Assembly: GCA_964606285.1 (NCBI GenBank)
Contig: CAZSFP010000001.1
Span: forward strand, 69,376-133,375
From: an uncultured Candidatus Saccharibacteria bacterium
GTDB taxonomy: Bacteria > Patescibacteriota > Minisyncoccia > Phycocordibacterales > UBA9973
DNA: 64,000 bases
Direction: 5' to 3'
Numbering within the stretch: the first letter of the stretch is position 1; the number at the start of each line of letters is the position of its first letter. Positions 1 through 8,959 of the stretch are shown piece after piece. Made by a program: the position numbers and the translations under genes. The notes under the pieces were generated by a model, which made no database searches, was not told the DNA's origin, and saw nothing but the letters and a program-made list of their open reading frames with translations.

Positions 1-234
1 GTAAATATCGAAACTTTGCCGATCGTGTTTTCCGAAGATGTCCGTGCTTTGTCTGTCATTGATCCATTACCAATCCAAGATGATTTGCTTCGGGCAAAGA
101 AAAAAGAATTTACCGCCATCATGAATCGGTACCCAGAAATCGATACTGCAACATTCAAAATTAGTCCGTTTTGGAAGTATCGATTTCCAGAAAATCAGGA
201 AGATATAGATATTCGACTTGCGCCTCTTGATTAA
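1..234 (+). CDS. 3' end of an unidentified CDS that continues upstream of the window
   Basis: The reading frame is open from position 1 with no stop until 232-234. The product is not recognisable (neither map- nor adk-like). Confidence 0.3.
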   Translation, partial: VNIETLPIVFSEDVRALSVIDPLPIQDDLLRAKKKEFTAIMNRYPEIDTATFKISPFWKYRFPENQEDIDIRLAPLD

Positions 235-272
235 AAATACCAATTGCTGTATACTAATCAACATCGTTTTGC

Positions 273-488
273 ATGGATAAAAAAAACACTCACAATGAAA
301 CCGTACGAGGAACTATCACTGAAGCATTGCCGAACACATTGTTCCGGGTAATGATCGGAGATAACGAGATACTCGCATATCTATCGGGCAAGATGCGTCT
401 CCATCGCATCAAGGTGCTCGTCGGAGATACTGTCGAAGTTGTACTCGATCCATACGGTGGCAAGGGGAGAATTATGAAGCGTCTCTGA
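273..488 (+). CDS. infA: translation initiation factor IF-1
   Basis: 71-aa S1-like protein with the IF-1 signature (GTITEALPNTLFRV...LAYLSGKMR...GDTVEVVLDPY..GRI). Sits at the head of the rpmJ-rpsM-rpsK cluster. Confidence 0.9.
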   Translation: MDKKNTHNETVRGTITEALPNTLFRVMIGDNEILAYLSGKMRLHRIKVLVGDTVEVVLDPYGGKGRIMKRL

Positions 489-577
489 ACATTGTTCGAA
501 GGCCCTTCTTGTGTTTTTGGGAAATCTAGTGTAGGATGGCGAAGCGTTTATTTTTAATACAAAAAAGCTTAATTTAT

Positions 578-688
578 ATGAAGATTCGTGCAGCAGTCAA
601 AAAAATATGTGAAAAATGCAAGGTCGTAAAACGACAGGGTCATTTGCGCGTTATTTGCACAAATCCAAAACATAAGCAAAAGCAATAA
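578..688 (+). CDS. rpmJ: 50S ribosomal protein L36
   Basis: Manual translation gives [36 protein letters not shown] (36 aa, CxxC...C..H zinc ribbon). Canonical position between infA and rpsM. Absent from the ORF track because it is under 60 aa. Confidence 0.85.
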   Translation: MKIRAAVKKICEKCKVVKRQGHLRVICTNPKHKQKQ

Positions 689-701
689 TTTTTTTATATC
701 A

Positions 702-1082
702 ATGAGAATCCTCGGTATCAACGTTCCAAATGACAAGCGACTTGAGATAGCTCTCACGGTCTTTTATGGTATTGGCATTCCACGTGCTCAAGCTATCCTC
801 GATGCGGTCAAAATTCCACGTGGCAAAAAAGCAGAAACACTTACTATCGATGAAGAGAACGAAATTCGAAAAATGGTTGAAGGATTCAAGATCGAAGGAA
901 ATCTCAAGCGTGAAATTTCAGCAAACATCAAGCGTCTCAAAGACATCAAAGCATACCGCGGTGTCCGACACATGAGAAAACTTCCGGTTCGTGGTCAGCG
1001 CACAAAGACAAATTCTCGAACTGTTCGTGGAAACGTTCGAAAGACTATGTCATCTGGTCGCCGAAAAGAATCAAAGACATAG
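702..1082 (+). CDS. rpsM: 30S ribosomal protein S13
   Basis: 126 aa, MRILGINVP...YRGVRH...RTKTNSRT, typical S13. Confidence 0.9.
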   Translation: MRILGINVPNDKRLEIALTVFYGIGIPRAQAILDAVKIPRGKKAETLTIDEENEIRKMVEGFKIEGNLKREISANIKRLKDIKAYRGVRHMRKLPVRGQRTKTNSRTVRGNVRKTMSSGRRKESKT

Positions 1083-1131
1083 CATTTGTATTTCTCTACT
1101 TACTACTCACTAGCAACTACTTACTATTCAT

Positions 1132-1563
1132 ATGGCCTCAAAGAAACCAACAACTCAAGAAGAAGGATCTGAACCAAAAGCACCAAAGGTGGCTGCTGTT
1201 CGTGTACCAAAGAAAAAGATCGCCGAAGGAACACTTCACATCGAAGCGACATTCAACAACACAAAGGTTACGTTGACTGACAAGTCAGGTAATACTATCT
1301 TTTGGACTTCAACAGGATCTCTCGGATTCAAGGGTGCAAAAAAGGGAACACCGTTTGCTGCATCAAAGGCTGGTGATGTTCTCGGTGAAAAAGCTGCAGC
1401 ACTTGGTATCAAAGAAGTTGATGTCATTGTTCGCGGGGTTGGTTCTGGTCGAGAACCAACAATCCGTGCATTTATGGCACGTGGTATCGATATCACGAGT
1501 ATCAAGGATCAGACGCCAGTTCCGCACAACGGACCAAAGCCTAAAAAGCCACGACGCGTATAA
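1132..1563 (+). CDS. rpsK: 30S ribosomal protein S11
   Basis: 143 aa with the S11 motifs (HIEATFNNTKVTLTD..GN..FWTS.G..GFKG..K.TPFAA). Confidence 0.9.
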   Translation: MASKKPTTQEEGSEPKAPKVAAVRVPKKKIAEGTLHIEATFNNTKVTLTDKSGNTIFWTSTGSLGFKGAKKGTPFAASKAGDVLGEKAAALGIKEVDVIVRGVGSGREPTIRAFMARGIDITSIKDQTPVPHNGPKPKKPRRV

Positions 1564-1603
1564 TTAATTTATTTATCATTCGTTTCTCCCACTTACATTT
1601 ATT

Positions 1604-2209
1604 ATGAAATTCGGACCAAAATACAAAATATGTCGACGATTGGGTGCTGGTGTGTACGAACAATGCCAGACACAAAAGTTTGTCCTCTCTGAAGGCCGCC
1701 ACAAGAAAATTGGTATGAAAAAACCAAAGGCGCTTTCTGGATATGGCGCACAGTTGATCGAAAAACAAAAGATCCGCTTTAGTTATGGTGTGTCTGAAAA
1801 GCAATTTTCAAACTACGTCAAACGCGCAACGGCGACAAAGGGTGGTTCTCCAGCAGAACGACTCTTTGGTTTCCTTGAAACTCGTCTCGACAACGTGGTA
1901 TACCGTCTCGGCCTCGCACATACTCGCGCTCTTGCTCGACAGATGGTTGCGCATGGACACTTTGTCGTCAATGGTACTCGAACAACTGTCCCATCCTATA
2001 CCGTTCGTGCAGGTGATACGATTACTGTCCGAGAAGGAAGTAAGAAATCAGCACTCTTTGCAAATCTTGCCGCAAAGATGAAGACATACACCGTTCCCGC
2101 ATGGCTCTCTCTTAACGCAGAAACACTGACAGCGACCGTCCAAAGTTATCCCAAGAATACCGAATCATTCCTGGATTTCAACGCCGTTCTTGAGTTTTAT
2201 AGTCGTTAA
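1604..2209 (+). CDS. rpsD: 30S ribosomal protein S4
   Basis: 201 aa; S4 N-terminus (GPKYKICRRLG) and S4 RNA-binding region (LDNVVYRLGLA.TR..ARQ.V.HGH..VNG). Confidence 0.9.
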   Translation: MKFGPKYKICRRLGAGVYEQCQTQKFVLSEGRHKKIGMKKPKALSGYGAQLIEKQKIRFSYGVSEKQFSNYVKRATATKGGSPAERLFGFLETRLDNVVYRLGLAHTRALARQMVAHGHFVVNGTRTTVPSYTVRAGDTITVREGSKKSALFANLAAKMKTYTVPAWLSLNAETLTATVQSYPKNTESFLDFNAVLEFYSR

Positions 2210-2223
2210 TATTCATAAGGCCA

Positions 2224-3228
2224 TTGGCCACAATATATTTTATGTCATCACACATCACTACAATTCTTTTGCCATCAAAGCCACGCATTGTGTCAGAAGC
2301 AGACGGGAAAGGTGTCTATGAAATCGACGGTTTGTACCCTGGATACGGTCATACACTCGGCAACTCTCTCCGCCGCATTATCCTCTCATCTCTTCCGGGA
2401 GCTGCGTTGACTTCACTTAAAATCGCGGGTGTTTCTCATGAATTTTCAACAATTCCTGGTGTCAAAGAAGACGTCATCATGATTCTTCTCAACTTGAAGA
2501 AAGTTCATTTCAAATTGATCGGTGATGAACCACAGACAGTTACATTGTCTGTCAAAGGAGCAAAGGCTGTTACAGCAAAAGATATTACTGTAAATGGACA
2601 AGTTGAAGTAACAAGTCCTGATGCATATATCTGTGAATTGACTGACAAGTCTGCAACGCTTGATATCGAAATGACAATCGAGAAAGGTCTCGGTTTCGTT
2701 CCAAAAGAAGTTCATCAAAAAGAAAAAACAGATGTTGGTAGTATCGCGATTGATGCACTTTTCTCTCCAATTCGTCGTGTTAGTTATGAAGTTGAAAACA
2801 TGCGCGTAGGTGACAAAACAAACCACAACCGTCTCCGTATCGCGATTGAAACTGATGGTTCTATTTCTCCACGAGAAGCACTTGAATCTTCAATCTCACT
2901 CATGATCGTCCAGCTCCAAGCAATTCTTGATATCAAACCAGAAGAAAAAACAGCCGCTGTTGCAGAAGAGCAAGTTGAATCATCTGATGAATCAGGAGAA
3001 TCAGTAGGATCATCTGACAATGACATGACTGATGTCATGAAAACACGCGTTGATACACTCGAACTCTCGACACGAACATTGAATGCCTTGAATGCCGGAA
3101 ATATCCGAACATTGGGCGGTCTTGCTCGAAAAAAGAAGGAAGATCTTCTCGAAATCGAAGGAATCGGCGAGAAAGGAATTCAAGAGATCAAAGTTGTCCT
3201 CGCACAATTTGGACTCACATTAAAATAA
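2224..3228 (+). CDS. rpoA: DNA-directed RNA polymerase subunit alpha
   Basis: 334 aa; N-terminal domain GYGHTLGNSLRRIILSS.PG and C-terminal domain (LELSTRTLNALNAGNIRTLGGL). The true start may be the downstream Met near 2242. Confidence 0.9.
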   Translation: MATIYFMSSHITTILLPSKPRIVSEADGKGVYEIDGLYPGYGHTLGNSLRRIILSSLPGAALTSLKIAGVSHEFSTIPGVKEDVIMILLNLKKVHFKLIGDEPQTVTLSVKGAKAVTAKDITVNGQVEVTSPDAYICELTDKSATLDIEMTIEKGLGFVPKEVHQKEKTDVGSIAIDALFSPIRRVSYEVENMRVGDKTNHNRLRIAIETDGSISPREALESSISLMIVQLQAILDIKPEEKTAAVAEEQVESSDESGESVGSSDNDMTDVMKTRVDTLELSTRTLNALNAGNIRTLGGLARKKKEDLLEIEGIGEKGIQEIKVVLAQFGLTLK

Positions 3229-3269
3229 TTGACTTTACGGAGCACTTCTTGTAAGCTTACACACATTGT

Positions 3270-3623
3270 ATGAGACATCATAATTCAGTACGAAAATTTG
3301 GACGACCAGCAGATGAGCGACGCGCGCTCCTCCGGTCTTTGGCATTGTCTCTCATTACACATGAGCGAATCACAACAACCGAAGCAAAAGCAAAGGAACT
3401 CCGTCCGTTTGTTGAAAAATTGGTTACTCTCGGTAAGACTGCATCAGTCACATCACACCGATTGCTCGCATCTCGTCTCATGAACCAAAAAGAAGAAGTC
3501 AAAAAGGTCGTGACTGATATCGCACCACGATACACGACTCGCGCAGGCGGCTATACACGCGTTGTAAAGCTCCCACGACGCCTTTCGGACGGCGCTGCGA
3601 TGGCCATTATCGAATTTGTATAA
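3270..3623 (+). CDS. rplQ: 50S ribosomal protein L17
   Basis: 117 aa; MRHHNSVRKFGR....R.ALLRSLA.SLI.HERI.TT..KAKELR. Confidence 0.9.
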   Translation: MRHHNSVRKFGRPADERRALLRSLALSLITHERITTTEAKAKELRPFVEKLVTLGKTASVTSHRLLASRLMNQKEEVKKVVTDIAPRYTTRAGGYTRVVKLPRRLSDGAAMAIIEFV

Positions 3624-3627
3624 TTAT

Positions 3628-3972
3628 ATGAACTACACTATAGACGCAACAGAAAAGAAAATCGGACGAATCGCTTCAGAGGCGGCGATGATTTTGACTG
3701 GCAAAAACAGTCCGACATTTGAGAAAAACAAAGTCTCAGGAAACAAGGTAACGATCATCAACGCATCAAAAGTTTCTATCGATCCGCGAAAACTTCTTTC
3801 TGTCGAATTTGAACGATATTCAGGATACCCAGGCGGTTTCAAGTCTGAAACTCTTGGAAAGACGATCGAGAAAAAAGGCTACGGAGAAGTGTTCGTTCAT
3901 GCGGTCTACAACATGATTCCTGCAAACAAACTCCGATCTATTATCATGAAAAATCTCACCGTAACTGAATAA
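3628..3972 (+). CDS. rplM: 50S ribosomal protein L13
   Basis: L13-like (ASK.LGR.AS..A..L.GK..P.F.....G..V.IINA.K). Start chosen at the ATG that does not overlap rplQ; the track ORF begins at 3616. Confidence 0.8.
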   Translation: MNYTIDATEKKIGRIASEAAMILTGKNSPTFEKNKVSGNKVTIINASKVSIDPRKLLSVEFERYSGYPGGFKSETLGKTIEKKGYGEVFVHAVYNMIPANKLRSIIMKNLTVTE

Positions 3973-3979
3973 TTTTATT

Positions 3980-4393
3980 ATGGAAGCAACAAAAACAACA
4001 GCAAAAAGATATCGTGAAGCAGTCGGTCGTAGAAAGACTTCTACCGCACGTGTTCGCCTCACACCAGCCGCAAAGACATCATTTGTCATCAATGGCCTCG
4101 ATGGTCTCGCATATGTCCGTACAAGCGACCTTTTCAGTATCGTCAACGAACCATTTGTGAAAGGGAAGATTGCTGATACGTATGAAGTCACTGTCGTCGT
4201 TTCTGGTGGCGGTAATCACTCTCAGGTAGAAGCAATCCGACATGGTATCTCTCGTATTCTCTCAACAGATGATGAAGCAACTCGCACATCTCTCAAGAAA
4301 CTCGGATTCCTCAAACGAGATCCTCGTATGAAAGAACGTCGAAAATTCGGTCTCAAGAAAGCTCGTAAGGCGCCAAAGTGGTCAAAACGTTAG
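3980..4393 (+). CDS. rpsI: 30S ribosomal protein S9
   Basis: 137 aa; S9 C-terminal signature GGG.SGQA.AIRHGISRAL ... KKARKAPKWSKR. Confidence 0.9.
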   Translation: MEATKTTAKRYREAVGRRKTSTARVRLTPAAKTSFVINGLDGLAYVRTSDLFSIVNEPFVKGKIADTYEVTVVVSGGGNHSQVEAIRHGISRILSTDDEATRTSLKKLGFLKRDPRMKERRKFGLKKARKAPKWSKR

Positions 4394-4466
4394 TCTCAAA
4401 AAATCTCTCCTTCTGGAGAGATTTTTGTTTTTATGCTAGTATGAACATTGTAAAAAATATAATCCT

Positions 4467-5048
4467 ATGCAAGACGAAGAAGATAAAAAAATAGATATTG
4501 GTGAAGAATTGTCTGACGACGTTTCTTTTATTGAAGAAGATGGCGAAGGTGCCGAACTTTCATCTGCTGCCAAAATAAAGAAACTCCGTGAAGAATTGAA
4601 GACCGCGAACAAAGAACGTCTCGAGTATCTGACTGGTTGGCAGCGTGCCCAGGCTGATTATGTAAATCTCAAAAAAGAATCTGGCGAGAGTCTCATTCGT
4701 GGCAAAGAGATTGGCAGGGAACAACTCCTCGATTCATTACTCCCCGCACTCGATAGTTTCGATATGGCGATCGGCAACAAGGAATCATGGGAGAAAGTTG
4801 ATGCGAACTGGCGCAATGGCATCGAATACATCTATTCTCGACTTCTTACTGCACTTACAGAGAACAATGTCACCGTGATCGACAGTGTCGGTGCTCCATT
4901 TGATCCAAATCTCCATGAAGCGATCGAAAATATTCCAACTGACGACACTGGACGTGATCATACAATCGAATCAATCATCCAGAAAGGATACAAGATGGGT
5001 GATCGGATTCTCCGCCCTGCACGAGTGAAAGTATATACTCTAAAATAA
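4467..5048 (+). CDS. grpE: nucleotide exchange factor GrpE
   Basis: 193 aa; acidic N-terminus, coiled coil, then GrpE core (RAQADYVNLKKE....G.E.LL...LP.LDSF..A......V.G..FDPN.HEA). Confidence 0.85.
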   Translation: MQDEEDKKIDIGEELSDDVSFIEEDGEGAELSSAAKIKKLREELKTANKERLEYLTGWQRAQADYVNLKKESGESLIRGKEIGREQLLDSLLPALDSFDMAIGNKESWEKVDANWRNGIEYIYSRLLTALTENNVTVIDSVGAPFDPNLHEAIENIPTDDTGRDHTIESIIQKGYKMGDRILRPARVKVYTLK

Positions 5049-5052
5049 TAAC

Positions 5053-5086
5053 AAAATCCCTTCAATTGAAGGGATTTTGTTATTTT
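5053..5086 (+). terminator. rho-independent terminator after grpE
   Basis: AAAATCCCTTCAATTGAAGGGATTTT hairpin followed by a T-run. Confidence 0.8.
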
Positions 5087-5113
5087 GACAAACTATCTAT
5101 AAAAGTGTATTGT
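5085..5113 (+). promoter_or_regulatory. sigma70-like promoter, copy 1 of a duplicated promoter
   Basis: TTGACA-17 nt-TATTGT. A 41-nt block, TTGACAAACTATCTATAAAAGTGTATTGTGTGCGGGAAATA, is identical at 5910-5950. Confidence 0.6.
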
Positions 5114-5145
5114 GTGCGGGAAATACATCTTTAAAACTCTGGGCT

Positions 5146-5859
5146 ATGAAAATTAAAATATTTCTTATTGATATGTTAACTGGATTGTTTTTACTTATTC
5201 AGTTATATCCTCCATTATTTTCTTTTGTTCCTTCAGAAAAAATTCCCATGATAAGCACAGGTCTCATCATGATTACCGGATTTGTTATTCTCTTTTTGCA
5301 GGTGCCATATGGTCAATTTTTAGAAGAATGGCATGAAAAAAAGATAGATACGCAGCAGTACGCTCTTCGTATCTGTAGTTTATTCATACTGAGAAAAGAG
5401 AAATATTTTCTGATTGATATTGCACCTGCATATTTTGAAGAATCTGAGATTTATAGTCTGACCCACATGCTCTATAGAATGAAAGGATTCTCGCATCGTT
5501 TGACAGTGAGGATGCAGATGGTAAATATCCGAAGATTTCAAAACAACAAACAAAAATTCACTGTTTTAGCAAATGATATAAGTTTGCAATTTCCAACCAA
5601 TATTATCGCTGATTTAAAGAGTTTTTGTATTATGTATGGTCTTCATGGGGATTCTTTGACTCATCTTGTGACGGAATACACAAAGCTTTTGCAGGAAAAA
5701 CTTGGCCAAGAAAAAGCCGAAGTGTTTCTTGTTGAATTGGTGCGATTGTTGGGAGAGGATCAGACGTTTAAAAAAGATGAAGATAAGGTTCGTACAGAAA
5801 TTATAAAACGCCTTAATATTCATATTGATTTGATCAAAAAATCTATGGTTACTGCATAA
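5146..5859 (+). CDS. hypothetical membrane protein, paralog A of a tandem pair
   Basis: Starts MKIKIFLID. Two N-terminal TM helices plus a roughly 170-aa soluble domain. Shares blocks such as KEKYFLIDIA and LNIHIDLIK with the next gene. The track ORF begins at an in-frame TTG at 5110 inside the promoter (MCAGN read-through). Confidence 0.65.
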   Translation: MKIKIFLIDMLTGLFLLIQLYPPLFSFVPSEKIPMISTGLIMITGFVILFLQVPYGQFLEEWHEKKIDTQQYALRICSLFILRKEKYFLIDIAPAYFEESEIYSLTHMLYRMKGFSHRLTVRMQMVNIRRFQNNKQKFTVLANDISLQFPTNIIADLKSFCIMYGLHGDSLTHLVTEYTKLLQEKLGQEKAEVFLVELVRLLGEDQTFKKDEDKVRTEIIKRLNIHIDLIKKSMVTA

Positions 5860-5864
5860 TAGAT

Positions 5865-5897
5865 AAAAATCCCTTTAATGTATAGGGATTTTTTTAT
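5865..5897 (+). terminator. rho-independent terminator
   Basis: AAAATCCCTTTAATGTATAGGGATTTTTTTATTT, same stem as the grpE terminator. Confidence 0.8.
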
Positions 5898-5909
5898 TTC
5901 CTCATATTA

Positions 5910-5938
5910 TTGACAAACTATCTATAAAAGTGTATTGT
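5910..5938 (+). promoter_or_regulatory. sigma70-like promoter, copy 2
   Basis: TTGACA-17-TATTGT, identical to 5085-5113. Confidence 0.6.
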
Positions 5939-5970
5939 GTGCGGGAAATATACCTTTTAAAAATACGGTT

Positions 5971-6681
5971 ATGAAACTAAAACTCATCATTCTCGGAATA
6001 GCTGTTGTGATACTTGCTATCGGTTCTATTTTTTCTCTGGAACAATGGATTTGGAAAATCAATGTATGGTTACCATTTATGGTAGCAGGAATATTTGTAT
6101 ATGTATTTACTGCATATACTGATTTTATTGAAAAAATATCAAAAAAAGAATTGACCAAAGAGGAATACATAGAGTATTTGCTTGATTGGAAATTATCTAA
6201 AAAAGAAAAATATATCCTTATTGATACTGCATTGTCATATCTCAGGATTCCCGATATCAATGATATAACACGTGATCTCTATCAAAAATTAGGACAACAT
6301 GATCTTATTTTAAGGAGATTGCAGGATAACAATGTTGAGCGTTTCTTGAAAAGCCAATATATCAAAGATAGTTTTACAATGAATCTCAGAATGAGTTCCT
6401 CACATGTTGGTGATATTATTTCAGCAATGAAATCATATATTATTTTGCATGGGCTCAATAAGAAGGCGTTCAAGGTATATATCTCATTGTACCGCAAACG
6501 TTGCGAAGCAAGAATTGGATCAGAAAAAACAAAAAAACTGTTTATAAAAATTTCTGAGGAAGTTGAAATAACAAAAGAAATTAAATCGTATGAAAAATGG
6601 TTCCGTGAATGCATTATTGATGAACTTAAAATTCATATAGAAGAGTTACAGTCTTCAAAAAAACAAAAGCTTGTAGCTTGA
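5971..6681 (+). CDS. hypothetical membrane protein, paralog B
   Basis: Starts MKLKLIILG; two TM helices plus a soluble domain; KEKYILIDTA and LKIHIEEL blocks match paralog A. Confidence 0.65.
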   Translation: MKLKLIILGIAVVILAIGSIFSLEQWIWKINVWLPFMVAGIFVYVFTAYTDFIEKISKKELTKEEYIEYLLDWKLSKKEKYILIDTALSYLRIPDINDITRDLYQKLGQHDLILRRLQDNNVERFLKSQYIKDSFTMNLRMSSSHVGDIISAMKSYIILHGLNKKAFKVYISLYRKRCEARIGSEKTKKLFIKISEEVEITKEIKSYEKWFRECIIDELKIHIEELQSSKKQKLVA

Positions 6682-6687
6682 TACATA

Positions 6688-6718
6688 TAAAATCCCGCAT
6701 AATTGTGCGGGATTTTTT
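6688..6718 (+). terminator. rho-independent terminator
   Basis: AAAATCCCGCATAATTGTGCGGGATTTTTT. Confidence 0.8.
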
Positions 6719-6757
6719 GCTGGAAAAAATCGGAGAATGTGGTAGGATGGAAAGCAT

Positions 6758-8056
6758 ATGATTCAAAAAACACATGTAGCTACACTCGCAGGCAAGGTCG
6801 GACAGGAAGTCACTGTTGCTGGTTTTGTCCATGCGCTCCGCATCCAAAGCAAAATCATCTTTCTCGTTCTTCGTGATGTGACTGGACTCGTTCAAAACAT
6901 CATTGAAATCTCAAATCCGGAAGCATTTGACACAGCAAAAGAACTTTCGCTTGAATCTGTTATCACTATCACTGGTACGGTCAAAGAAGCAAAACAGGCT
7001 CCGGGTGGGTTTGAAATCGGGGTATCATCTATCACAGTTCTTTCGAAATCTCTCCCAGAATTGGCAATTCCTGTCGTTGTGAAAGGGAATGATGAAGAGA
7101 CAGAAGCACCGACTCGATTTGACTATCGTTGGATCGATCTTCGCAAGCCAGAAAAGACAAAGATTTTCAAAGTGTGGACTGCTCTTGAAAAAGGATTCCG
7201 CAAGTATTGGGATGAGAACAATTTCATGCAGATCTATACTCCATCATTCATGTCGACACCATCTGAGACTGGTGCTGAAGTTTTCGAGGTGAATTATTTT
7301 GATAAGAAAGCCTATCTCGCGCAGTCACCGCAATTTTATAAACAAATGGCGATTGCTTCAGGATTTGAACGGGTGTTTATGGTTGGTCCAGTTTTTCGTG
7401 CTGAACAATCCTTTACGACTCGTCACCTGACAGAATTTACTGGTTGGGACTTTGAACTTGGGTTTGTTGAATCACATCATGATGTCATGGATCAAGAAGA
7501 GGGTATGATTGTTTCAGGGTTTACAACACTCAAAGAATCGTTTCCTGAACTTGATTTGGATATTCCGGCACGACCGTTTCCACGGATCACGATGGTTGAT
7601 GCAAAGAAAATTCTCGCGGATCAAAATGTTGCAAGCGGAGAAGATCATGATCTCTCACCCGAAGAAGAGCGTGCAATTTCTGACTATGTCAAAAAAGAAT
7701 ACAATCATGATTTTGTATTTATTACCGATTATCACAAATCAAAAAGCGCGTTCTATCACATGCGTCTCGAAGAAGGGTCTGATCGATCTCGTCGTGCCGA
7801 CCTTCTCTTCCGTGGTATCGAAGTAACAACACTTGCCCAGCGTGAACACCGTATTGATATTCTCGAAAAACAGGCGACAGAAAAGGGTATGTCACTCGAA
7901 GCATTGAAAGACTACTTGAACTTCTTTCGGTATGGCGTGCCACCACATGGTGGTGCAGGTATTGGCCCAGGACGCTTCATCATGAAGATCCTCGACCTGC
8001 CAAACGTTCGTGAAGCGACCTATCTCCCACGTGATGTGAAGCGTCTCAATCCATAG
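6758..8056 (+). CDS. aspS: aspartyl-tRNA synthetase, archaeal/eukaryotic short type (AsnRS not excluded)
   Basis: 432 aa class IIb aaRS: N-terminal OB fold, motif 2 FRAEQSFTTRHLTEFTGWDFE, motif 3 GGAGIGPGR, C-terminus PRDVKRLNP. gatB is present in the window, consistent with a non-discriminating AspRS. Confidence 0.6.
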   Translation: MIQKTHVATLAGKVGQEVTVAGFVHALRIQSKIIFLVLRDVTGLVQNIIEISNPEAFDTAKELSLESVITITGTVKEAKQAPGGFEIGVSSITVLSKSLPELAIPVVVKGNDEETEAPTRFDYRWIDLRKPEKTKIFKVWTALEKGFRKYWDENNFMQIYTPSFMSTPSETGAEVFEVNYFDKKAYLAQSPQFYKQMAIASGFERVFMVGPVFRAEQSFTTRHLTEFTGWDFELGFVESHHDVMDQEEGMIVSGFTTLKESFPELDLDIPARPFPRITMVDAKKILADQNVASGEDHDLSPEEERAISDYVKKEYNHDFVFITDYHKSKSAFYHMRLEEGSDRSRRADLLFRGIEVTTLAQREHRIDILEKQATEKGMSLEALKDYLNFFRYGVPPHGGAGIGPGRFIMKILDLPNVREATYLPRDVKRLNP

Positions 8057-8062
8057 AAAATA

Positions 8063-8099
8063 AAAAAACATGGCCATACGGTCATGTTTTTGTTTTTTT
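8063..8099. terminator. bidirectional terminator between convergent aspS and 8098..8841
   Basis: ACATGGCC-ATAC-GGTCATGT hairpin flanked by an A-run and a T-run. Confidence 0.6.
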
Positions 8100-8841
8100 A
8101 CACAAGAACCTTCTCTTTATTTTTTTGGAGAAATTCTTCTTGTGTTTTTTCAATTCTGGTTTTTAATTCTTGTGCAAAATTCCATTTCTCTTTTTCATCA
8201 AGTGTTGGAGAGAAGTATCCTGTTTTTACTGAAGCATGCAAATAATTCAAAAAATGCCGGGTATGTTTTTCTTCATCTTTTAATTCTTTGGAGATCAACC
8301 TGTTTGTTTGATGGGCAATTGTCTGTATTCCTAATTTTTTAGGAAAAGACATCCATATTTTGGGATCAAACGTATTCAATATCACAGTAAAGTCAGTTAT
8401 GGTATTTTCTTCGTCTAGTATTTTCCCTAAAAGATCCGAAAGATGAGGACATGTTTCTATGCTTTTATACAGGATAGATCCCGGACAACTACTCGTTAGT
8501 CCGTATCCACCATAAGGAAAATTGCCAGTTTTCATAAGTCCCTCTATTATTTTTATGAGACTTTTGTAATCTTTTGCATCTGCAAGTTTTTGCTGGTATG
8601 TCAGTGTGACATAGTGTTTCAATATTCGCGCAGTTCTGGTTTCTTTCTTTTTTCTATTTTTCAATATATGAACAATGGTTGTATGAGAAAGGTCAAATGT
8701 GTGCGGATCAATGAGTGACAGAAGTTTTTCTTTTCTGTTGCTCCACCATACGAGAAAAACAACGGTTGCACATAAAGCAAAAATAATCGAACCATAATAG
8801 TCCGACAGGGAGAAGTGGGGAATAATAATGTAAATGTACAT
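8098..8841 (-). CDS. hypothetical membrane-anchored protein
   Basis: 247 aa with an N-terminal TM segment; no recognisable domain. Confidence 0.5.
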   Translation of the reverse strand: MYIYIIIPHFSLSDYYGSIIFALCATVVFLVWWSNRKEKLLSLIDPHTFDLSHTTIVHILKNRKKKETRTARILKHYVTLTYQQKLADAKDYKSLIKIIEGLMKTGNFPYGGYGLTSSCPGSILYKSIETCPHLSDLLGKILDEENTITDFTVILNTFDPKIWMSFPKKLGIQTIAHQTNRLISKELKDEEKHTRHFLNYLHASVKTGYFSPTLDEKEKWNFAQELKTRIEKTQEEFLQKNKEKVLV

Positions 8842-8959
8842 GATAATAATTTAAAGGTTTTCTGTATACTACCAGTTTTTGAGTATATGTCAAACAAACT
8901 ATTCTTTGATCCAGGTTCATAAAATGTTATTATTTCTATAAGTATTTTTTGCTTTACGC

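Noticed and set aside
5110-5145. N-terminal MCAGN... extensions of both tandem paralogs (track starts 5110 and 5935)
   Set aside because: The extensions begin with TTG inside the duplicated -10 element and are identical promoter DNA. True starts are the downstream ATGs (MKIKI.. / MKLKL..).
8070-8342. Numerous 60-130-aa ORFs antisense to or overlapping strong genes (e.g. 8070..8342, 2446..2826, 9117..9419, 10380..10592, 28305..28640, 62368..63091)
   Set aside because: They lie entirely within well-supported conserved genes on the opposite strand or in another frame and have no independent signals; treated as frame noise.
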